Part shown: piece after piece, positions 1-13,000 of the stretch
How the letters are laid out: the number at the start of each line of letters is the position of its first letter
How positions within the stretch are numbered: position 1 is the first letter of the stretch
Assembly (NCBI GenBank): GCA_000934665.2
Contig: KZ538030.1
Coordinates: 124,001 to 172,107 of the forward strand
Source: Catajapyx aquilonaris
Lineage: Eukaryota
Direction of reading: 5' to 3'
DNA length: 48,107 bases
Notes under the pieces: generated by a model
The model's input: only the letters and a program-made list of their open reading frames with translations
Told to the model about the DNA's origin: nothing
The model's database searches: none
Made by a program: the position numbers and the translations under genes

Positions 1-3000
1 TAGCGCATGACAAGCCCATTTATTTGCATCTGGGATTTTTTTGTATAAGAACTGGTTTTGCAGGGAAAGCATTACACAACTGTCTTCAGCCAATCAAAAA
101 CAGCACTGAATTTTTATACCTCTGTGATTGGATGGATAAGGTTATTTCCCTGCAAGTGCGCATTCAGTTGCCTCATCTAGTCTTGGAATTACATACTTTT
201 CAGACATGTATTTGCATGTAGTGCTAACCCTGTCATCTAGGTACTTTTGTCATCTGAATGCCCACCAGATTCTTACAAAAACCCAGCTTAAATTTAATGA
301 ACGCATACTTAGTCCCTAGTTGCTTGAGCTACAGACTGTGAACACCTGGCAGCACATTATTTACAGCCCTGAATTAGCAGGGATCCACTTAGTACTTGAG
401 AATGTTGTGTGTTTTACTAGCAGCCACCTTAGAAAAAAAAATAGAGAAACAAACTCTCTTTGCACTGTAGAAACGTTTGCACGATAATAGTTATGCCCCA
501 CATTACCACGACTTGCACGCAGCTACGACTGGATGTGCCGGCCTGGATTTTGAGAAGACCTTTTCCAAGCAATTACCACCCGAGACATTGATCCTTTGGA
601 GGAGCCCCTGTTATGTTCCCTAGCCTTTAATTTGAACCCTAGAATAGCACATTAGACTTTCGCCTTTGACTGGAGTAACCTTCGTTTGAGAGAAAAGCAG
701 CTCCCTTGGGGTAGGGGGAGTTCTAGTGGTAATTATGGTTGTCTGATTATAGAAAATTTAATGTCAGCACTGTTTTAAAAGTGCAGAGTTCGTAGAGTAC
801 GTCACGCTGGTGGGGGAGTACGAACGTGACGAGTCGTGACGGTCTTAGATGTTGTATTAAGAAAACAGGTAATTCCTTAGTACATTCCACCGTTTTAAAG
901 TAACAAACCATTTCCATATTAACTTAGGTGATTACATTTTTTTTGTCGACAATTTTTTTACGAATCTTATGGGGCGAGGCTGGGCTGGTGACGTATGGGA
1001 CCAGAATGATGAAATTCAATGTGACCACTCCATATGAACACTTGGTAATTTTGACCCCGTTTTTTTTTGGAGGTATCGATCAGAGTTCAACATGGTTCCT
1101 TCTATTTATTTTTTTTAACTCTATCCTTTCACCTTCGTTGCAGTGGACCATTACGGACCCTGCACTAGCCCACGTCACGTTCCTGCAATCCTTTCGCCGT
1201 TCTTTACCTCGCCCTTCATGAATTATGGCGCCTTTCTTCCTTTGCGAAATAGAAGAGGCTCTGGCGCCATAAAAACGCGGAAAAAAAGGCGTTGGACTGC
1301 GCCAAATGGATGGTCTTTAGTTGAAATGTCCACTTGCGGCACCTTGGGGTCCACCCCTCTTGTAACTGGAGTAAGTTTGAAAACAGAACGATTGAGTGCA
1401 TTTAAGCTCAGCAGAAGGTTGATTTTCCACAAATTTGTAAAAGAAAATACAGCTCAGTTTCTATATAGTCACAGAGTATAAAAATGTATCTGAGCGATTG
1501 ATGTTGAGGATCAAAAGGCTGGTACGTGCAGTGGTGGAGCAAAAAAAAACAAAAAAATAAAAAAAAAAACTGAGCACAATTTCTCATATTCCCATTTGGC
1601 CCCACGCTTAATGTTCTCAATTTCGTGTTTGTGGCACATAGAGCGTGGGGGCAATATGAGATCTGCCCAATCTGAGACGTGAGTTGGTGCAGAGAAACAG
1701 TATGGGGGCAGATGGTGGTATCAGTTTCTTTTTTGTGTGTGACAACAGGTCAGTGACTCTGTGGGAATGATTTTTTAAAAAATGCCTGATCTTCAAGTAA
1801 TTATTGGATTGCTCCAATAATTCACTTTTCTACCTCGAATTGCTCATACTTAGTTGGAACAACAGTGATTCGCAGTAAAATTGGTTTCATCCCCACCGTC
1901 AACACCAGATGTGATTTTTGGAGGTGACAACATCCACTTGTTGACTTGTAATCCTCCCTTGGGATCCAGCTCAGTCCAATCCCAGCCGGACAGCTCTTTT
2001 ACCATTCATCCCATTTGTCTTCCTCCAATGTCGATCAGTAAATCTTCGATACGGAAAAAAAGGTAGCGCGATATGGGGAAATCCCTGAAAAAGGTCACTG
2101 CTGGGAAATTGACTGCTCAGCCACCCGAAAAGGGGCAGGGGCACTTGGCTCGACGATAGATTAGTCCTGTAAGGCCAACGTCTGATCGGGTGTGACGGCC
2201 AGCAAAGAGACAAAGAACCTCCAGTTTTGTCCCGGAACAGCAAACGGATCCGGAGGTTTTTTTTAGAGAGGTGTTGAGAGAACAAAAAAGAGAGACCGGT
2301 TTCATTTATGGAGCGTGACGGTTCCAAACTTTGCTCTCAGGGTCCATTGACAAGCTTGCACTTCCTCCTCTGTTGTGTGGTACACGTACTCAGTCATTTA
2401 CAGGCTTTTGTAATTGTACGAGGTAATGTGTAAGTGAATGTGTCCAATTGATGTGTATGTTACTGTTTATTTTTATGCGATTTTAAAAAAATGGTAATTA
2501 CATCACAAATGACAACAATTGCTATACTGTATTGTACATAATTTTAAAAACAATTATTCAAAAACTCTGCGTAAAGACGAATGGGCAGCACCAGTCGCGT
2601 ATACATTTGCATATAAGAAAATTGCAAAATGTCGTTTTTCCCCATCTGCCCCTCCCTTGCAAATGCGCGATTAATTGTTAGAAAGCTGGATTTTTTTTGA
2701 TGTGATAATTTCATCAGTATTTTGCTGCGTGCCAACGTGTGCATGACTCTTGTCCCCCCCTAGTCTCGAATTCCAAACTTTTGCCCCATTTGCATCTGAA
2801 GTGGAAACCTGCCAGCTTGGCAAGTTTCAGAAAATGACAGCAGTTTGCTGCCGAGTTTAAGTTTTCGAGCCAGGTTTTACCTCCGCGCAATATTCTGATT
2901 TTGTACTCTTAAAAAATTATTTTTCCAGTGAAATGGAAAAGCGACTGTGGATTTATGCAAGTTCTTTGTAAGAAACTTTCTACGGTGTTTATCTCTACTA

Positions 3001-6000
3001 TAGGCAACAGTGCAAAAAAAAGAGGTCACCTCAGGGTTATTCCTTCTGAAAGCAATCTGGGTGGTGGTAATATTTGTCATCTTTGGCTGTAAATTTAATC
3101 CGGATTTGGAAATGGATTCTGCGGTTCGACGAATTTGCTCTTCCTCCGATTTCCATCTGAAGGGAATTCGGCGCATTGCAGTAACTCTATCCTAGAACCT
3201 AACTATTGATGGGATTCGCCCTTTGACCCGTATATGCAAAACCCGCAGGGACGTGTTTTACAAAATGAACACCCCAATCCCTGCAATATGTTATCATTTT
3301 GGTCCATTTATTTAACCCAACACGAGTTGATAATCACGGTTAATTATGATATGTACGCTCTATGTAAAGATAAGGTTTAAAAAATATTAATTTATGAGCA
3401 GCTGAGCTATATATGGCACATTTTTGCAGCGGTGCGTGTAACCTCTTTTTTTCATTTTTTTTTTTTTTTTGCGGGCCGGTTCGTGGCACTTGCCAGCCAA
3501 AATTAAGTTTGCTAATTCAATTTTGCAATGCCATGGACATGAATCCTGAAGCGGAGATATTTTCTTTAGTGAACAGGACGTGTAGGGGACTGGTTTGGAA
3601 AAACAGATTGCGTTACTATTTCATACTACGGAACAAGGCAAACGCGACCAACTGGAAGGACGCTTCAGGCCAGATGAAAATTTAATTACTAGAAAAAAAT
3701 ATAGTTTCCTTCAAGCCCTCAGGTGTCGCCTAGCTAGGAGCTTGCATTATTTTTCATAACTTTTTTTTTCTGGGGAGTTGGCGCGGTTAATAAGCACATT
3801 AGTTACGGGTTAAAATGGCCGGATAAAAACTCATTGCCACATGAGGATTCTAGGAGAGGAAAAATTATTTTTGGGAGTATAAACGTGGTAAAATTCTAAG
3901 TGCGCAGACTCAGAAGGTATTGAAGAGTCTGGTCTACAGCAGTATTGCCAAGTTTCTTAGGCGACGAAAAGTTTTGTGGAGTTTAAAATATTTATTGTTA
4001 GTTAATTATTTTTGAGTGCACAGTGCAACTCGCCTGTACAATTCATGTGGTTTTCAACCCTTTTGTGAAACATGAGGCTGCACCTTTTAAACCTCGCATC
4101 CACCGTTATAACGGGGGTAATAACTTCCAATAAGGGTGTAATAAGGGAGCAGTTCCCGTCAAAGTCTTACAAACTGCTCTCAAATGACTTCACACCTTTT
4201 TTAAAATTACATCACCTGACCCGGTTCCACTATTGACACTAAAAGTAGGCTACAACTTCCTCATGTTATAATTTTCTGTTTTTTTTTTTTAAATCAATTT
4301 TCAAGCTAGCACAATATATTCTCTGGGTGTAACAAGAGTCTCAGCAGTGCAATCAGACTGTCAGTTCCAGTGTCCAAACTTTTTCCGACATGAACTCCGA
4401 CGGACGGCCCCACGAAAAATATATATATTTTTTAGTCCCACAAGAGTTGTCTCTCTTCTCTTTTGTATTCCGCACGTAGCTGTCGACACCCGAATATAGG
4501 CAAAGTTTCTTGCGGACAGTGTTGATTTCCAGGAGGCCTGATTGTGCAAACGCCCCGTTCTGTTTGCCAAGCCCTGATGGTCGGAAAGGGATTTTTTTTT
4601 TTTTGGGGGGGGGGGGTNTAGAGAATGGCATCAGGCCAGGGCACCTCGTTGTGTTGCTGGCAATTTGCATTATACCAGCTGTAGTAGCCTGGGGGATTGC
4701 AGCCCGTATAGGTGTTATCTCCCTACAGGCTATCCAGTGACCTATTAAAGCCTATTGTTTTGTCAACTAGGAAGCTAATATGTCGTTAGTTTTGTGGCCT
4801 AACATATGCTGTTCACTGACTGTGAGTGGTTCACTGACTCTTTCTCACTTCAATGCTACGATACTTGTGCGTGACCGAAATCTTCCGCACGCGCAACCAA
4901 GCCTGAACTCATGTTACGTGTATTGATCACAGACTATGGAGTGACTCACCCGATGACACTGTTATAGTACAGAGCACGCGACACACTCACAGAAAGTCTA
5001 CTGCCCCGTTTTGTATACCTTCAGGTTTTATGTTCATATAGGGATTAATAAGGGAAGAAAATTAGACTTGAGAGCTCAGCCTCTCATTATACGGCCTGAG
5101 ATGAAAACGAATTTTTCGGGGTGTAATTAGCGTTCATTAGTTCGCAGGCGGTGTCAACACTATTGCTTGCGAAGTGTGCAATCTAAAATGGTGCAGCAGT
5201 GAAAAACTAGCAACTGCGCAAGTTCAATTTGTTTTGCTGAAAATAAGCTAATTAGCTATGTTTCAGGTCAATACCGACCCGCGGTTTTAAAGCGGTTCTA
5301 AATATTGATGCCTCGTCTAAAGTGCAATTTGCCAGCGGTCCCACGAAAGTTGGGGTTTGGGTTTGACACCCCTGACATAAGCAACTAAATAATAGAGCAG
5401 CTTCTAGGCTCTTCTCAGTTAGCTTTTAAGCAGAATATCTCCTTCCCAAAATGTGATCCATTAAGTGTCTGATTCGTTTGCGAGCGCTTCATTCATCTCT
5501 CTCCACGTACTTCTTTCTAGACAAATAAAAGGATCCCCTATTTTTCTCCCTTCCTGAAATATGGGAAGTGTAGATATAAAAAGAATCTCTGAAGCAGAAA
5601 TGCCTCTTGTCATCCCCCAGTTTATCCCAGGGTTTTGAAAAGTGGCGTTTATCGACCGCTTTAAAAGAAATTCGCTTCTTCAAAAGTAGAGGCCAAGTTA
5701 GGCGTGATTTCACATACAGTTTTCTCCCCAGCTGTAATATACATTTCCAACGACAACCTTTTTCCAGCCAGCCCGTCCCTCTTTAGAAATTCAGGGAGAA
5801 CCGTCACCTAGGGAAAGAGAATGCGGCAAACTCGTCTAGTGCTGGAAAAACCGCCTTGATACATTTACCATCCCTAGAAAATTCCTTTAGCAGCCTCTAT
5901 CCCTAGGGATTCTATGGAGCGTAACCTTCCTCCTGAGTGGGATTTCTTCCCGTAGCACACGTCCTGCTCGTAGGAAAAGGCGTGTCTTAATGAATGCAAA

Positions 6001-6205
6001 GGCGGCTCTTGAAGCTGGGTCTAAGATAAAAGCGCTGTTAGTTCCAACTCTTTAGATAAGAGAGGTCCTGTGGGCTTTAGAACGAGTGTAGAGTCACGTG
6101 GTGGTTACCGTTTGTGGTGTAAGGAACATTGAATGGTTATGACTTGATCGCTTCAAGCACCGCAGGGAATATCAATATAGTTTTTTTTTAATGTTTGTGT
6201 AATAT

Positions 6206-6279
6206 TAGTACCATCCGCCTTTCATAGATGGCACATCTGCCTCTGCACACTCCTGCCGCTCAGAGAGATGGTGGTACTA
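6206..6279 (-). mobile_element. About 75-bp element with TAGTACCA...TGGTACTA ends; family with copies at about 9095-9150 and 10347-10431
   Basis: Its reverse complement (ctgagcggcaggagtgtgcagaggcagatgtgccatctatg...gtacta) aligns with 10371-10431 (ctgagggtggcggtagtgtgcagagggagggggcgccatctgtg...gtacta). Confidence 0.55.
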
Positions 6280-6934
6280 TCAGCTCGGACAAACATAAAA
6301 TAAGCTGCATAGAGCACCTGCATGCTTCTGGGTGGTATTGTTAAAGCACTGCCTACAAGATAACATCAGTATTCATGATAGCGATCCTAATTAAACAGTC
6401 CTGCTGCCTGCTGCTGTAAGAACTCTTCTAAGATCAAGAGACACCAATATGAAGTGATCTATAGATTTGAATCGTTAAAAAACACCAGACTCTTGATTGC
6501 CTCATAAAAACTCATCGTGCATGCCCTCGTGATGCACGTATTGCTTCAATATAAATAATTGGCGTCCCATAAGCATTGGCATCACACGATAGCCATCAAG
6601 ATTCAGGAAAAAAGGCATGCGTTTCGCGAGCTTGTAAATCTGGCTGAGTCCGCCATGATTGCTCACTTGCAATAAAGACAGGCTCTCCCATATAAGCGGA
6701 ACAAAAGTGATTGTCCTCAGGGCCACGCCTCTGTCTCTTCCTGGCGCAGTTATCGGGTTCTAGGCCCAGGCAATCAATCCAAAGTGTCGCATTAAAACAC
6801 ACTGGTATTGCTCAAGTCTGCGATACTGCATCGTGGGTATCAGACGTGGATGGAACCTTTAAGGTGCTTTTGGTCTTCAACACGACCTGTGCTATGTTCT
6901 AACTCTTTTTTCTTCTTGCATTGTTTGTTGACAG

Positions 6935-7083
6935 GGCTGGCAGGCCCGTCCCAGGAACCGATCCTCCCAAGAAAGAAGAAACATCCGGAGCTGGCGTACC
7001 GGACGCATGAGCTTCTCGTCATGTCCAATGGAGGCTCGTCTGAAGATTCGGTCGAGTCCGCGCTCATCTTGGACCGGGCACGA
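6935..7083 (+). CDS. MDM1: MDM1 internal exon (LAGPSQEPILPRKKKHPELAYRTHELL...LDRAR), phase 1 to 0
   Basis: Pyrimidine tract then ttgacag acceptor; donor CGA|gtaagt; conserved EP-x-x-PRKKK-HPELAY block. Confidence 0.88.
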
Positions 7084-10000
7084 GTAAGTCTGACTTTGAA
7101 GCACATCTTCTTATTCTGTACCTTCTTTCTGTTGTACCTTTTTCGTCTCATCTGTATTTTAGGAGTCATTTACATGGTCGAGTATGGACTGGACCCGGTC
7201 TAGACCAGGCCCACTATTAGGCTGCGAAGTACTCCCAACTGAGTACATGTTTGCCATCCCAGTACAAAGCACTAAGCATTAATCTCTGTAGAATGTTCCA
7301 ATCGTAATGAAGTTAGTTATAAATTTTCAGGCACTAAGTTGCTTACTTTTGTACAGTTATTATCAAATTATATTAGCTGTTAATATTATGCCAAATAGAA
7401 TCATATAAAAATTCGCAAAAGTTTCTTGACATTAATTCCATTTGTGGTTCTTGTTGTGAGTTGGCAATACTGCGCTCAACAAGCCAGAGGACCGGTTCTA
7501 GACCAGGTTCAGTTTATAATCGGCCGTCTAAATGCTCCCAACACATACGTACACAAGTTGTACAGTACACTTTCTCTTTATGAACACAAACAAGCACGCG
7601 TTATTGCGCATCGGTTTTGAAGGTTACTGATTTTTACGTGTGAGCACGAAAAGTTTGGTTTAAAACGTTTTGTTGGTTTGCTGAAGTTTATGTGTTTGAA
7701 CTAAATTTCTTTTAACGTTAGGAGTGAAATTTAGGCTGATAATTTCGCTGCTTTTTTTCACTGTGAAATTTAAAAAGAGGTAGCTGCTATAGCGTTTAAG
7801 CTTTGGTCTCATGGTTTAGTGATTCTCCAGAGTTGCCTCTGGGCGCCAAAAGACTTTTTAGACAAAAGTTGGCCAATTGCAAATGCATGAGCGAATATAA
7901 ACCCCGGCAGGGTTTAAAGTGAATGAATTTTTCACGTGACTCCCACCCCGAATGATTGCACAGTTGTAGTGACCTGGGAATTTTTTAAAGCTGCTATTGT
8001 GTAGCAGAGTATGTATTTCAACAGCTACAAATTAGTTAATTCAAGAAAGCGAGCTGAAATAAATTTTTATAGTCTATATATTTAAAATAAATCCCTGTGA
8101 TGCTGATCATGAATTAGAATGCCTAAATTTAAATTACTGCATTAATGGCTATCTAATAGCTAATTGTAAATTAATATGAATGATTGACTTCACAATTCCT
8201 GTCAAATTTGCTATTAGATGTTATATTTAGGACCAATACTAATATTTGTACTGTTAAATTTAACAGTCGCTGATTTTTGAATAACTGTCAAATTAGCAGT
8301 AGCTGATTTCAGAATAACTGAAATCAGAAGTTATGCTAATAAATTAACAAACTGTTCATTCCAATATGACATTTTAAGCAGTTCCAGTAGCTGCTACTAT
8401 TCCCGATGCTAATACACATGTCACAAATGCTCATTTGCATAATTCGACTGTTTTTTTTTTTTTTTGCGAGAATGACACAAAATATCGTAATGCAATGGGT
8501 GGTTGGGTGGCCTCAAAATGGAGCCTTTAAAAAAAAACCGTTGCGTGTCATCACTCCGAAGCTTTTCATTGCTCGTTTGGGCCAATTTTGTGGAAGCGAC
8601 ATTTCCATTACAAGCCTGTATAACGTAGCAGCGCGGCTTGCACCACCTGCCGTGAAGCGTTGTGCGGTCTACATGCTACTTTTTAGAGACTGAAACATAG
8701 TAAAAGGGGAGGTGGGGTGCTGGGCCAAGTTGCCTCATTTGATACCTGCAGGAGTTCATAAGCGCCTGGTATAGTTTTGCTACACATTTGCTCGTTATAC
8801 TGCAACGCGACGGGCTGCTGCATGTTACAAAACTGCGTTTTCATCGACTATACCATTGCGCAGTGCTTTGAGCTATGCGGCAGTGCCAAAGGAATGTGGC
8901 CTGAAAGAAAAGGGAGACCACTTAATTGTTTTTAAAGAGCCGGTATTGGAGGAACTATGCCGAAACAATAGTTAAGTGCATAAATAATCGGGGAGGTTGG
9001 AGAGCGGGTAGTTTGCTGCTGGGATGGATAATTAATGAGGCCCGTAACTTATAAGTTGTAATCATCAAATTGGATAGTTTGTCCGTGGTGCATATAGTAC
9101 CATTAGTCCTCGCCAGATCCTGAGAGTGGCAGAAGTATGTACGTGAGGGATATTTTGGGGCTGACTAGTTATTATGAGGATAGGCAGCTGTGGCGTGAGA
9201 ATGTAATTGTTGTGTGACCATCCGGAATCGCAAAAACCCGTTAAATAAACAAATGCTGACGTAACGTCACAAATTGAATCAAAATACTGCAGCTGCTTCG
9301 GTACAAATCATTGAAATTCCTCAGCATAACAGGGTCGACCACAGCATGTTAAACACTGCAATATAGTGACCGTCAACATAGCCGCCAATTATCTCATTTG
9401 TATTTTCCAAACTGTTGATAATCAGCATAAAATAACGGCTTTATTATGCCGCATATCTCCCATGAGACTCAACTTGCATCGAAATTCTCTCTACGAACGT
9501 TTACACTCTATGATCCGTACAAATAGTGACACACACTACGCTTTAAAAAAACCCCCATTGTTCTTTTGCCTTCCTGAATCGTCTCATAAAAGGAGCCATC
9601 CAGTCCCTGGTATTTTGGTCCTCTTGGAAACCTTTTCCCCGCCCTTAGTTGTCTCGTTAGCCGTCTTAGTGGGGCCGTTTGCCTGTACGCTGAGGCCTGA
9701 GACCAATTTTGCCACCGAGGGTTGTATAATTGAGTAGGACTGTCCGCCATGTTGGAGCGGTCCAGAAATTTTGGTGGGTATCAGAAATCGAGTTTTTTTT
9801 TTTTTTTGAAGTGGGAGTGTTGCAAGGGATGTGAAAATTTTGGCATGGGCAGGTGAGGTGAGATCGATGGGATCGGGTTTCGGGTCCAGCGCGCATGAAA
9901 ACGTGGCTGGAGAGCGGTGCAGACGTAGAGGAGTGGTGTTGGGGAGAAAAAGATGGATGGGGAGGATGGTATCGCCGATTTTATTTTTTTTTTTTGCCGA

Positions 10001-13000
10001 GAAATTTTTGCCAGGGGCGACAGAGAGGTTTGTACTCGAAGCGGAGGGTTTGGATGATATTCTGATCAAATTTCCGGCACTTGGTGCCGTTATTAGTTTT
10101 TTAATGGGGAAGTTGGTATCAGTTAATAAAGCGATTGTTAATTTTTTGGGAGGAAATTTTCTGGTTATTAGGATAGGTGTCAATCAAGCACAGTACAGAG
10201 TTTCAAATTCTTGCGTATTTCGGGAGAATACTGTCTGAAGTTAACTTCTGTTATCTACAGAGTGTGTCTACAGGAAATGTTTTTGTCAAATGTACAGCTT
10301 TCTCCTAATAGGCTTATTCTCTCCGTCGGATGTTTGAATAACCTGATAATATCGCTTATTCTCGCACGACCTGAGGGTGGCGGTAGTGTGCAGAGGGAGG
10401 GGGCGCCATCTGTGCTTGAAGAATAGTACTACGTGGTAAATCGGTGGGCCATCACATTAAATTGCTTAATTGTCGCTATCATACTGATTATAGTGTTTGC
10501 CCAATTTTAGCAACAAGTTCATTAGTTTCCATACATTTCGCATATAGAACCTACTCTAACCTGATATAACACAACCTAACCTTAACTGGCAGTTTCACAG
10601 GGGCAGGACATTTGTCTGACACATTTTTTGACAATTTCCGTGTCATGGTCCCTGACTCCAAATATTGGAGCAGAAATAATTTACCCTTGGTACTTGAGCA
10701 GGTCGTGTAAATTCCGGGCCAAACACTGGTAGGTTTCCCGGGCCTTCTCAATTACGGGGCGAATTAGAGTCCCCCCAATTTTAGGCCAAGAGAAGGGCCA
10801 TAAAAGGAGGTCAGTGGTGGAGTCTTTATAATTGGTTTCTCTCTGGCTTGCTTCTTCTTCCGCATTGCCTGGAGAGCTTCTTCCTCTCTTGGCAACCACT
10901 TGCAACCCATCTTCACTTTCGCTGCCAGATTCATGTCCAGAATGCAATTTCCGGATATGATGGGTACAAATTGGACCCGGGAGAGCAGCCGACTGTATTT
11001 ACAACAGGAGGATGGTTCACTCTGCTCCAAGACCACGGGTCAGAGGAGGCTGCTGGGTTGTTGACTCCAGCATCGAATTCGATGTAATTTTGAATTGGCC
11101 AACATATTGATCTGTGATCGCAAATTATGCAAATTATGCAGACAGAGATCGTACGCACCCAATATGGCAGCCGAATAATGTAAACTTCAATATTGCACAT
11201 TACACAATCGATATATCGACGTGCAGTTTTAAAATTTTGCTCCAATTGTCATTATAGCAACTTGCCATATTTTGAAATAATATTTGCAACAATGTTGTAT
11301 CAGCAGGTTGTTAGTTTGTTTACAACTTATTTTTTTTACTTATGTATTTGCCTCCTGATTGGGGCAGTGTACCACCCTAAGTACAAGGTGTTTTTGAAAG
11401 TATCCAGAAAGTTGAGTCACTGGTTGTCGGAGTCGGGTTTGTGTGTGGAGTTGGCGTATTGATTGACTCACGGGACAATGTACTTTGCGGTTATCGGCCA
11501 GGGAGTGAAACCGGGTTTGAAATTTGCGAATGGAGGTGGGTGGGGGACTGTCAGGAGGGGAGGGTGTGAGTAATTCGGTTAAATTAGCATGCCGACAGTG
11601 CTAATTCCCCCTCTGCTTGTGGTTGTGCATACGTTTGCACATTTTATTCGCATGTAGCGTACGTTGCCTGGAGGTCCTGCACCTTGGACAGCCATGAATC
11701 ACGAGGTACAAGTATAACCCATTTTTATTTTAAAAAAATTTCACATAATGGCCATAAGTCTAAAATTACACCATTTGGTGCGAAATAGTACAATCGGTTC
11801 CTATTCACGCCGAAATAATTTCGTTCCATGGGTAGCGGGTTAAGGACCGCCTCGTCAGTTTGATCTTCCACTACATGGAGTCCAATAACCGTCTTGCGGC
11901 CCGGCGAACTGGATCCTGACTTCCTGTCCAAAAAGTAGGAAGAGGAGGAGAAAGGGAAGGCCTTTTCGAGTGGCACCATGTCTCGGGATGTTTCTTTTTT
12001 GGGGGTGGGTTCCACCTTATATATATATATTTTTTTTGGAAGAATCCCTGGGAGGATTCCAACTTCTCTGTGCAGGTGCGGAAATGAAACGGTTGGAGGA
12101 TTTTTGTGGGTAGAGGATGAAAAGTTGATTTTTTTCCTCATGGTTTCACTGAGGATGTCAGACGGGTTGTAATGATGGAGACACGCTGTCAGGAGCCTTG
12201 GTCAATATATTTCTGTCGACGAGTCAATTTGCTGAGGGATAGATCAATGTGTGGTCATTGAACAGACATTTAAGAAATGGACAGCATTTTTATTTAATTT
12301 TAATAAGTCTTACAACATTGACCAAAAAAACGCTGTCAAATCTGGCCATGATAGAACCTTCAATTCGATTTGAACCATTGCCCAATTTCCAGGAAATAAA
12401 CTGTCTGTAATGTTCAAAGTGCGTTCAGAATGGCTTGAAACCTCGCTTCATACGCATCCGTTGACCGAACTTAGGAAGGAGTTGCAGTGATTTTGAGATT
12501 GGCAATTCCTTGCGGAGCTTCCACATCGACGCCAAACTCTGATGATCGAGAATGAGGCAGTGGAATCGATTTAAGTGTTCTGCCACTCTGGTTGATTGGA
12601 ACGAGTCCACTGATGAGGTCAAAGTGTTTCGAGGGCCTAGATCCCCAAACAGCAACTCAATTTTAGCTCTAAAACTCTTAGGGGGGAAAAATTTGGAAGA
12701 AGACATTCTTGGACTGCACCTGCAGATGCACTTTTCTTAGTCGTTGGCCTGGATTTTGAAGGCAGTTCAAGAAAATATCACAGAGCCAGTGTGAACCGAA
12801 TGACTGGAGCTGGGAGTATGCAAATGATGGGAGGGAATTCGGACTATGAGGAAAAATGGAAGCCACTAGAAAATGAATTATGGATATTGCTGTGGAGGAA
12901 AAAATTTACATTCATTTACGCGCCGGCGAGCCCTAGTTTCTACGAACGGAAAACGAGTTAACTGTTGCGCAAAAAATAAAAGGATTGCAAAATGCTCTTC

